Below the pieces are notes generated by a model, which worked only from the letters and a program-made list of their open reading frames with translations, made no database searches and was not told the DNA's origin. From assembly GCA_964389135.1 (NCBI GenBank), contig CAYMDA010000002.1, positions 138,800 through 202,799 of the forward strand: a DNA stretch of 64,000 nt. Reading direction: 5' to 3'. The position numbers and the translations under genes were made by a program. The DNA comes from an uncultured Verrucomicrobiota bacterium (GTDB lineage Bacteria > Verrucomicrobiota > Verrucomicrobiia > Limisphaerales > CAIMTB01). Below, in pieces: positions 48,341 to 56,182 of the stretch (the stretch's first letter is position 1; each line of letters starts with the position of its first letter).

Positions 48341-49627
48341 CTAGAGGCGGGGTTCCCAGCCGGGACGGTACTCGCGTGACCAGAGCTTCTCGGCCTCGGG
48401 ATCGTCGAGGATCCGGCGCTTCTCGGGGTCGAAGTGGATCACGCGGCCCACACGGTACGCGATGTTCCCGAGGTGACACAGGAGGGTGCTCTTCTGGCCC
48501 TCCTCGATGTCCTGGTTCAGGGGTGCGTCACGACGGATGGCGTCGATGAAATTCCGGAGGTGGACGACGTCCCCCGACGGACCCTTGCCCGAGGCCGTCT
48601 CCGCGCCCTTCGGATCGAAGATCCGGTAACCGTCTCCCTCCTGCACGAGGCAGCCGTTCTCGCCGTAGAACGAGACGAAGGGCAGGCGTTCGTGGCGGCG
48701 CGGATTGCAGGAGCTGTGATCGAAGGAGGCGCCGCAATCGCCGAAGTCGAAGGTGGCGATCCCGGTGTCGGGGGTTTCCTGGTCGTCGTCGTGATGGTAG
48801 CGGCCGCCGAGGTAGGTGATGCGGCGGGGCAGGTCCGCGTTCAGACCCCACCGGGCGAGATCCAGCGCGTGGATGCCGTTGTTGGCGAGTTCGCCTCCTC
48901 CCCAGTGCCAGCGCCAGTGCCAGTTGTAGTGGACGAGGTTGTCCAGGTACGGCCGCTCGGGGACCGGGCCCTGCCAGAGATTGTAGTCGAGCGCCTCGGG
49001 AATGGGCGCGGGCTGCCCCCGGCCGATGGGCGGACGGAGGTTGCTGTAGTACGTGCGGGCGAAGAGCACCCGGCCAATCGCGCCCTCCCGCAGCCGCTGC
49101 ATGGCCTCGATCACGCCCGGCCAGCTTCGGCGCTGGGTGCCCATCTGCACCTTGCGGTTGTGCTTGCGCGCGGCTTCCACCATGAGCTCGCCCTCGCGCG
49201 GGTTGTGGCTGCCCGGCTTCTCGACGTACACATGCTTCCCGGCGGAGCACGCCAGGATCGTCGCGGGCGCGTGCCAGTAGTTCGGGGCCGCGATCACGAT
49301 CGCGTCCACCTCCGCGTCGTCGAGGATGTGACGGAAATCCTGCGTGGCGCGGGGCTCGCCGCCCTGGCCCTGGCGCGCGGCCTGGCTGGTCGCCTCCGCC
49401 AGTCGCCGCCGGTCCACGTCGCACACCCAGCGGATCTCGACACCCTCGATCTGCTGGAGACCGCGGATGAGATCGCGTCCGCGGCCGAGTCCCATCACGC
49501 CGACGACGACCCGGTTGGATGGCGCGTCCGCGGCGAGGGCACGAGCGCGCAGGGCATGAACCGCGAGCCCTGCGGTGGCGGCGGAAGTGGCATGGAAGAA
49601 CGTGCGGCGATTCATGGCGGTGCTCAT
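48341..49627 (-). CDS. Tat-exported Gfo/Idh/MocA-family oxidoreductase
   Basis: Tat signal NRRTFFHATSAATAGLAVHA. The Rossmann motif is VVGVMGLGRGR. The C-terminal region is typical of Gfo/Idh/MocA proteins. Confidence 0.9.
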   Translation of the reverse strand: MSTAMNRRTFFHATSAATAGLAVHALRARALAADAPSNRVVVGVMGLGRGRDLIRGLQQIEGVEIRWVCDVDRRRLAEATSQAARQGQGGEPRATQDFRHILDDAEVDAIVIAAPNYWHAPATILACSAGKHVYVEKPGSHNPREGELMVEAARKHNRKVQMGTQRRSWPGVIEAMQRLREGAIGRVLFARTYYSNLRPPIGRGQPAPIPEALDYNLWQGPVPERPYLDNLVHYNWHWRWHWGGGELANNGIHALDLARWGLNADLPRRITYLGGRYHHDDDQETPDTGIATFDFGDCGASFDHSSCNPRRHERLPFVSFYGENGCLVQEGDGYRIFDPKGAETASGKGPSGDVVHLRNFIDAIRRDAPLNQDIEEGQKSTLLCHLGNIAYRVGRVIHFDPEKRRILDDPEAEKLWSREYRPGWEPRL

Positions 49628-49808
49628 CTCGGATCGGGAATCGTTCCGGGCGGTGTAACAGGTGCGGCGCCGTGCATAAAGGCAATTGGAACCCGGGGCA
49701 TGGTCCGGCCCGGGGCCGGTGCTTCGACAGGCCTTCGCCCGTGCGCCCGTGCCCGCGTGATCCGGCGACGGCGCTTGCCATCCCGATCCGGTTCGTTTGA
49801 ATCACGCC

Positions 49809-51110
49809 ATGAACTCGGAAGCCTGCCGCCGGCGAACGCCCTGTCGAATTCCGGCCATCTTCAGCTTCGCGGCCGCATCCCTCGTGGCGCTGGGAAGCGC
49901 CGCGGACTGGCCGCGCTGGCGCGGCCCGCAGGACAACGGGAGCACCGAATCCTCGAATCTCCCGGTGACCTGGGATGAGTCGAACATCGTCTGGAAGGCG
50001 CCCCTCCCGGGCAAGGGTTGCTCCACGCCGGTGGTCTGGAAGGATCGGATCTTCGCGACCGCGCCCGTGAACGGGAAGGACGCGGTCCTCGCATTCGACA
50101 CCGACGGGAATCGCCTCTGGGAGACGACGTTCGGAAGTGAGTCCCCGGGCAAGCATCGAAACGGATCGGGCAGCAACGCCTCACCCGTGACGGATGGCGA
50201 CGGTGTGTTCGTGTACTTCAAGAGCGGCACGCTGGCCGCACTGGAGTTCGACGGCTCGATCCGCTGGCAGACCAATCTCGTGGAGCGGTTCGGACGTGAC
50301 ACGCTCTACTGGGACCACGGGACGTCCCCGGTCCTGACGATGGACCACGTCATCTTCGCGCGCATGCACAACGGCGGTTCGTGGCTCGCGGCGTTCGACA
50401 AGAAGACCGGCGCGCTGAACTGGAAGGTGGACCGCAACTACGAGACACCCACGGAATGCGACCACGGGTACACGACGCCCGTCGTGCTCGAGGAGAACGG
50501 CCAGGAGGCGATCCTGGTGTGGGGTGCCGAGCATCTCACCGCCCATTCGGCGAAGGACGGCAGCCTGCTGTGGGAGTGCGGCGGCTTCAATCCGCGCAAG
50601 GACGAATACTGGCCTGCCGTGGCTTCACCCGTCGTGGCGGGAGACATGGTGGTCGTGCCGTACGGCCGCGCGGATCGCAACACGCCGAGGCTGCACGGAG
50701 TCCGGCGCGGCGGCACCGGCGACGTCACGGACTCGCACCGCGTCTGGATGCGGGATGACATGGGCGCATTCGTCCCGACCCCCGCCGAGCGCGGAGGTCT
50801 CGTTTACGTCCTGCGGGACCGCGGTCAGATCGAATGCATCGATCCCGCGACGGGAAAGGCCCTCTGGAGCGATGAGTTCCCGCGGGATCGCGCCAACTAC
50901 TACGCGTCCCCGCTCGTGGCGGGCGACAAGCTCTACGCGATCCGGGAGGACGGCGTCGTGTTCGTTGCCTCGGTCGGCGACGGTTTCCGCGTGCTTGCGG
51001 AGAACAAGATGGGCGAACGCGTCATCGCCTCCCCGGTCCCGCTGAAGGACCGCCTGCTCATCCGTGGCGAGGAACACCTCTACTGCCTTGCAGCCGAACC
51101 CGCCCGGTGA
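49809..51110 (+). CDS. PQQ-like beta-propeller repeat protein (BamB-like family)
   Basis: ATG 49809. After the signal peptide comes ADWPRWRGPQDNGS, a hallmark opening of this family. Repeated propeller blades follow. Confidence 0.85.
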   Translation: MNSEACRRRTPCRIPAIFSFAAASLVALGSAADWPRWRGPQDNGSTESSNLPVTWDESNIVWKAPLPGKGCSTPVVWKDRIFATAPVNGKDAVLAFDTDGNRLWETTFGSESPGKHRNGSGSNASPVTDGDGVFVYFKSGTLAALEFDGSIRWQTNLVERFGRDTLYWDHGTSPVLTMDHVIFARMHNGGSWLAAFDKKTGALNWKVDRNYETPTECDHGYTTPVVLEENGQEAILVWGAEHLTAHSAKDGSLLWECGGFNPRKDEYWPAVASPVVAGDMVVVPYGRADRNTPRLHGVRRGGTGDVTDSHRVWMRDDMGAFVPTPAERGGLVYVLRDRGQIECIDPATGKALWSDEFPRDRANYYASPLVAGDKLYAIREDGVVFVASVGDGFRVLAENKMGERVIASPVPLKDRLLIRGEEHLYCLAAEPAR

Positions 51111-51988
51111 AGCGATTCAGTCCGGCGTTTCGGGGGGCGGCCCTGCCTGCCGCCGTCGCACTCGCGGGATGCATCATCCCTGCGGGCGCCGCGACCCTCA
51201 CCGTGCCGTTGACGGTCAATCCCCAGGAGTCGCAGCTCACCACCGGGCTGTGCGTGCAGGATGACTGCTCGTCCGACACGCACCCGCTCGCGGGGGAAAT
51301 CCGCTTGCGCATCGGGTGCGAGAGCCCGCCGCGGGAGGCCGCCCTCGCGGATCTGAGGCTGGCTGCGACGACGAATCACGTCGCGAACATCGACCTCGGG
51401 TTCGGCGGGCGCGTCTCGGCGCTGCTGGAGGGGCTCGTGATCCGCCATGCAATTCCCGGAGATGCACTTCCTCCGGCCCCGGTCACGAACGGGCAGGTGA
51501 TGTTCGAGGGCGTGCCCACGCTGCTCGCGGGCACGCTCGCCTACGACGCCGCGGGACTCGCGTGCGTGGTGGTCCAGCTCGCCGGCCTGCAGTGCGTGGA
51601 CTCACTGGACCTCTCGGACCGCTCCACCAACACGATCCGGGAGCTAGCCGCCACCCTCGAGGTCAGCGGCGGCCGCGTGACGCTCCGCGGAAGCTTCGAT
51701 TTCCAGGAGTTCATCGACGCTGAACAGCCGGCGCTCGGACACGTGGAGGGACGCGCGGAGTTCGTGGCGTCGGGCGAGCTTCGCCCCCAACTCGCCATCG
51801 CGGCCGAGGGGAACGGGCTGCACCTGCGCTGGTGCCGTGTCTTCGAGGGATTCGTACTGGAACACGCCGACTCGCTTCGTGGCGAGTGGACCACGGTGAA
51901 TGCGCCCCCGGAGGCGGACGGCGACGAATGGCGGACCACGATTCCCGCGGACGTGGCGGCAGGCTATTACCGCCTGCGATCGAACTAG
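51107..51988 (+). CDS. Lipoprotein-like secreted protein, unknown function, with C-terminal ...W...YYRLR beta-sandwich module
   Basis: GTG 51107 overlaps the propeller gene stop (GTGA). The signal/lipobox is AAVALAGC. The C-terminus is LHLRWCRVFEGFVLEHADSLRGEWTTV...AAGYYRLRSN. Confidence 0.6.
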   Translation: MKRFSPAFRGAALPAAVALAGCIIPAGAATLTVPLTVNPQESQLTTGLCVQDDCSSDTHPLAGEIRLRIGCESPPREAALADLRLAATTNHVANIDLGFGGRVSALLEGLVIRHAIPGDALPPAPVTNGQVMFEGVPTLLAGTLAYDAAGLACVVVQLAGLQCVDSLDLSDRSTNTIRELAATLEVSGGRVTLRGSFDFQEFIDAEQPALGHVEGRAEFVASGELRPQLAIAAEGNGLHLRWCRVFEGFVLEHADSLRGEWTTVNAPPEADGDEWRTTIPADVAAGYYRLRSN

Positions 51989-52379
51989 GAAACGAACGGG
52001 ACACCCGGGGGCGCCTGCGTTGTCACTTCTCTGCGCTCATCGCGCGGCGCTTGCTTCCTCGGGCGGAGCGTCCTCGGTGTGCGCGGCGATCGCCCGGCGG
52101 TGGCCGAACGGATCCTCGATCACGCCCGGCCGATTGCCGTGGCACCGTGGAACCGGGCAGGCTGCGGCAGTCTCGAGCCTGCGGCACGCGCGTTCGACCT
52201 GCCGATCTGCCGATCAACGTTCTCCACGCACAGCATGAGGAACGACGGCGCGCCCCTGATCGAGCTGCGGCGCGATGGGGTGAGAGCCCCCGGGAATCGG
52301 CTGGACTCCATGGCTTCGCTGCCGGGGGCGGTTCGCGTCGTGAGCGGGGAGGGGAGCGGCACGCGTCATCCCTCTGACG

Positions 52380-53702
52380 TCATGATCCCTGGTCTTTCGG
52401 CGCCTCGGGCTGCGCGCCCTCTTCCGCCTCGTCCTCCACGCGGGGCGCGGGATCCGCTTCCTTTCCGGGTTTCCCGGCCCTTGGCTGCTCTCCCGCGTGA
52501 TAGATGCGCGCGAGTTCGAGGAGAAGCTCCTCGAGGTTCTGGTCGTATGCGTCGGGGTCGAGAGCCTGCTTGCGATCGCGCAGCTTCGAGATCTCGCGCT
52601 CGATCTCGTCACGGCGGGCGCGCGTCTCGGGGGAGAGGGCGAGCTCGAGGGGGCTCCGCACGAGGTGAAACTGGTGGGCGCGGAGTCCGTCCACAGGCGC
52701 GTCGTCGCGGGGTTTTCGCGTGGCGCGAAGGCCGCGGTACCAGTCGGGCGGCGTGCCGAGGCCGTCCCCGGTGTCCTCGATCAGGGGATGTTCCGTCGCG
52801 AGACGGCCCTCCGTCTTGTAGAAGTCGGCCGTGGCATAGGCGGCGCTGAGGAACGCCTCGAGAAGCGAAGTCTGGTTGTCGCCGTCGAGGTCGGACGCCG
52901 GGTTCCCGATCGCGGCGGCGAAGAACTGTCCGAACCGGGTGAAGTTCTGTTCATGACCGCTCCGCGTGGCGGTGATGATGACACGATTGGTGCCTGCGAG
53001 CGCGGGGAGGAACGGAGCGCTCGACGACGCGGTGTTGATGATGGCCAGGGGCCGGGTGAACGGCCGGAGCCACTCGGCAAGGTCGGAAGCGGCGAGGTCG
53101 GGGCCGCGGAGATTGAAGCGCGCGATCTCGCCGTCGAACGTTCCGTGTCCGATGAGGACGATCCACAGCTCCGAATGCCCGTCCCGCGGCTCGGCTTCAA
53201 TGGCGGCGCGCAGGCGGTCGAGGTCCGAGGGCCCGGATTCCGGAGGCTCGCCGGTGCCGGGCTGCGACGAACCCTCGGCCCCGGCGATCTTCCCTTCCTC
53301 CTCGGGCTTCTCCGGCGGGGCGGGGTCGTCGGGCCGGGTCGCCTCTTGGGACTTCGATGACTTCCCGGGCTCGAACGGCGGATCCGCACTCTCCCGGCCG
53401 TCGGCGGGGGAGGCCTCGGGCCCGGCAGGTGAGCGCGGCGCAACGTCGATGTTGGTGGTGCCGATGAGCGTGACCGGGATGCCGGCGGAGCGGCACAACG
53501 CCTCCCATGCGTGCACCTGGGCGACGAACTGGCGTCCGAACTCGGGCTCACCGGGCGCGCCGAGCACGAGCAGCACGCGTGGTCCGTCGCCACCGGCGGC
53601 CGCGTCGGGCGGCCCGCCCGGCGTGGGAGTGTGTCCGTGTCCAGGCCAGAGCCCGGCGAGCAGCGCGGCGCAGAGGGCGGGGAGGATCGGGAGACGACTC
53701 AC
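52380..53702 (-). CDS. Exported protein colinear with clan-CD legumain (C13)-like peptidases, Cys position occupied by Ser
   Basis: I prefer GTG 53702, which gives a GTGA overlap with the upstream stop, over track ATG 53732. It has a signal peptide and an acidic/Pro-rich insert. These are followed by [13 protein letters not shown]...[13 protein letters not shown]...[14 protein letters not shown]...[14 protein letters not shown]. Confidence 0.65.
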   Translation of the reverse strand: [440 protein letters not shown]

Positions 53703-56071
53703 GGGAGGCCTTTCCAGCGGCGCAGTCCCCACTCGGCGATGAAGCAGGCAAGCGCCATGCCGAACAGGAGGGGCGTGTGCCAGATGGGTCGGGTGTAGGC
53801 TTCCATCACGGGCGCGGCCCGCAGCGGCAGCCGGCGCACGAAACTCGTCAGCTCATCCGGCCTGACGATGGCGCCCCCTGTTTTCCGGGCGATTTCCTCG
53901 AGCAGCGCGATGTTGGGGCTCAGCGAACGGAACTCGTCCGCGGCGGGGTTGTGGGCCCATCCGGACTCCGCGCGGCCGTACTCGGCGCCGACGTCATTCG
54001 TGACGTAAGCCGTCGAGCGAAAGCCCCCCGCCTCCCGGGGCAGGAAGGTCGCCTCGTAGAGTCCAGGCTCGGTGGCCGAGGGCTCGGCACGCAGGCGGAT
54101 CACGTTGGTGCCGGGAGCGGATCCCGCCGGACCGGCGAACTGAACCGGCTGCACCTCGACGGTGACGGAGGCGTTGTCGAGCGGGCGAAACTGCGGGTCA
54201 CGGACGCGCGTCTGGAGCCGGACGGCGCCGAGCGGGTCGCCGGGAACGGGTTCGACGGCGAGTTCGACCGCGCTGGGCACATCGGCCACGAGCCAGCGGA
54301 CGAGCTGGCGCCAGGACTGTTCGAAATCCTCGCGCGCGGCGGGGTCCTGCATGCCCCAGCGCCAGAAATCGCCGATGAGCATCGCGGCCGTGCGGCCCCG
54401 GCCGAAGCGCTGCGTGACGAGCGCAGGGATCTCGGCGCCGGTCGAATCGCGTGCCACGGCGATGACGCTCGCGCCGGGCTTCACGCTGCGAACGCGGTTC
54501 ATGACGCGGAACGCGGGCATGGCGTCGAGTCGCTGGCGCTCGGATTCCTCGCGGTCCCGCACGCGCGCCCACGGCTCGAGCCAGCCCTCGCGGGCGAGCT
54601 GGAATCGTACGGCGGTCTCGGCGGGTGGCGGGTCGGGGCGGTCAAGATAGACGGGGAGCATGTCGCCGATGGGCGTCCGGTGGTAGTCGCCCTCGTGGAA
54701 ACACTCCATCCCGCCGAGCATCAGGACGCCTCCGCCGCGCTCGGAGGCGAAGCGCTGGAGAAGGGCCGCCTGGTCGGGGCCGAAGAAGGCGGCCTCCACG
54801 TCATCGAGAATGACCGCGTGATATGAGAACAGGTCCTCGGCCGTGCGCGGGAATCCACTGCGCAGCTCGAGCTCGTCGCGCGTGTTGAGACGCACCAGCA
54901 CCGGTTCGTCGTAGCGCGCGACCTCCTCGGGCGCCTGGGCGCCGAACCCGCGGAAGAGCGGGTTGCTGGTCTCGCCCGCGCGACCGCGGAACTCGAACTT
55001 GGGCTCCCGTTTCGCGACCCGAATGAGGGCGACGAGCTGGATCTGCGGATCGCTCTGGACGGAGCGGTTCAGGAACTTGAACTCCCAGTTGGGACGCCCC
55101 GCCACGTAGAGCACGCGGTAGGGGCCGCCTCCGCGGTCCACGGCGATGACGCGGCTGTTGTTCGCCAGCGTCGCCTCCTCGAGGCTGGTCCGCTGTTCCT
55201 CGGGACGCGGCTCGTCGCGCGCGGCGACCTGCAGTTCATAGAAAACGAGGCCGGAGGACTCCGGGCGCGGCTGAATCCGGAAGGGAACGGTGTCGCCCCC
55301 ACCGCGGACGGTCAGGGTCCGTTCCTCGACGACCTTGCCGCTGGTGTCCCGCAGGCGCGCCACGAGCTGTTCGCCGCCGAAGCCATGCGCGCTGGCCTCG
55401 GCCTGGATCGAAATGGGCTGGTCCTCGAAGGCCGACTGGCTCACGGACAATCGCGAGATCGAGATGTCGCGGATCGCGTCCCTCCGACCCACCACCACGG
55501 GGTAAACAGGCGGAACGCCCGAGAGATCGGGAAGCGCGCCGGTGACATCCGTGGCGTTGCCGTCGGTGAACAGGAGCACGCCGGCGAGCGGCCGGCCGCG
55601 CAATCGATCGGCGAGCGTCTGAAGCGCGGTGACGATCGCGGAGGAGCGTCCGTCGTAGGCAAGCTCGGTGAAGTCCACCACGCCCTGGAGCCGCGCGTCG
55701 AAGATGTACCGGCGCACGTCGAAGTTCTCCGCGAGCTCCGCCTGCCAGCCGTCCGCCGGGCTTCCGAGCCACTGACGGAGCATCTCGCCGCGGGAGACCG
55801 GATCGGAGGGGTCGCGGATCTGCAGACCCTGGCTGTTGTCCGCGACGATTGCGAAGAGGTTCGCGCCCGGGCGCGCGCGCTGGGCGGAGCGGAGCGGCTC
55901 GAGCAGACAGAAGGCGAGGGCGGCGATGCCGAGAAGCTTCAGCCCGGCGCAGAGCCAGCGCAGGCTGAAGAACCGCTGCGGCCCGTAACCCCACGCGAGA
56001 ATGCCCAGGCCCAGTGCGACGATGCCCAGCGCGGGCCAGAGCCATGACCATGACGCGAAGGTGAGGTTCAT
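53699..56071 (-). CDS. Membrane protein with VWA-like and class-I glutamine-amidotransferase-like (DUF1355-like) domains
   Basis: 790 aa. The N-terminus has TM helices (WLWPALGIVALGLGILAWGY, LLGIAALAFCLL). Other motifs are AGVLLFTDGNATD and GGGVLMLGGMECFHEGDYHRTPIGDMLPVYL. Confidence 0.75.
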   Translation of the reverse strand: MNLTFASWSWLWPALGIVALGLGILAWGYGPQRFFSLRWLCAGLKLLGIAALAFCLLEPLRSAQRARPGANLFAIVADNSQGLQIRDPSDPVSRGEMLRQWLGSPADGWQAELAENFDVRRYIFDARLQGVVDFTELAYDGRSSAIVTALQTLADRLRGRPLAGVLLFTDGNATDVTGALPDLSGVPPVYPVVVGRRDAIRDISISRLSVSQSAFEDQPISIQAEASAHGFGGEQLVARLRDTSGKVVEERTLTVRGGGDTVPFRIQPRPESSGLVFYELQVAARDEPRPEEQRTSLEEATLANNSRVIAVDRGGGPYRVLYVAGRPNWEFKFLNRSVQSDPQIQLVALIRVAKREPKFEFRGRAGETSNPLFRGFGAQAPEEVARYDEPVLVRLNTRDELELRSGFPRTAEDLFSYHAVILDDVEAAFFGPDQAALLQRFASERGGGVLMLGGMECFHEGDYHRTPIGDMLPVYLDRPDPPPAETAVRFQLAREGWLEPWARVRDREESERQRLDAMPAFRVMNRVRSVKPGASVIAVARDSTGAEIPALVTQRFGRGRTAAMLIGDFWRWGMQDPAAREDFEQSWRQLVRWLVADVPSAVELAVEPVPGDPLGAVRLQTRVRDPQFRPLDNASVTVEVQPVQFAGPAGSAPGTNVIRLRAEPSATEPGLYEATFLPREAGGFRSTAYVTNDVGAEYGRAESGWAHNPAADEFRSLSPNIALLEEIARKTGGAIVRPDELTSFVRRLPLRAAPVMEAYTRPIWHTPLLFGMALACFIAEWGLRRWKGLP

Positions 56072-56182
56072 GGCTTGTCGTGGGTCAGCGAAAGCCCTGC
56101 GACCGGGCGGCGGGCACGCCCGTGTGGGATGGATCCGGGGAGAGAGTGATCAGGGGCGATCCGCATGGTGTTGCGTCCGAAA

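Noticed and set aside
51986-51988. TAG as a pyrrolysine or programmed read-through codon.
   Set aside because: No pyl genes are present in the window. The upstream protein ends with a complete C-terminal module. The extension would overlap a convergent gene. I retain it only as a low-probability alternative in the gap finding.
52120-52362. 80-aa minus-strand ORF (GTG start) and 64-aa ORF 52023-52217 in the 391-nt gap.
   Set aside because: The products are Ser/Arg/Pro-rich without hydrophobic cores. There is no ribosome-binding site or recognisable family. The strand of the periodicity signal cannot be resolved by eye. I keep this only as the unresolved-gap finding.
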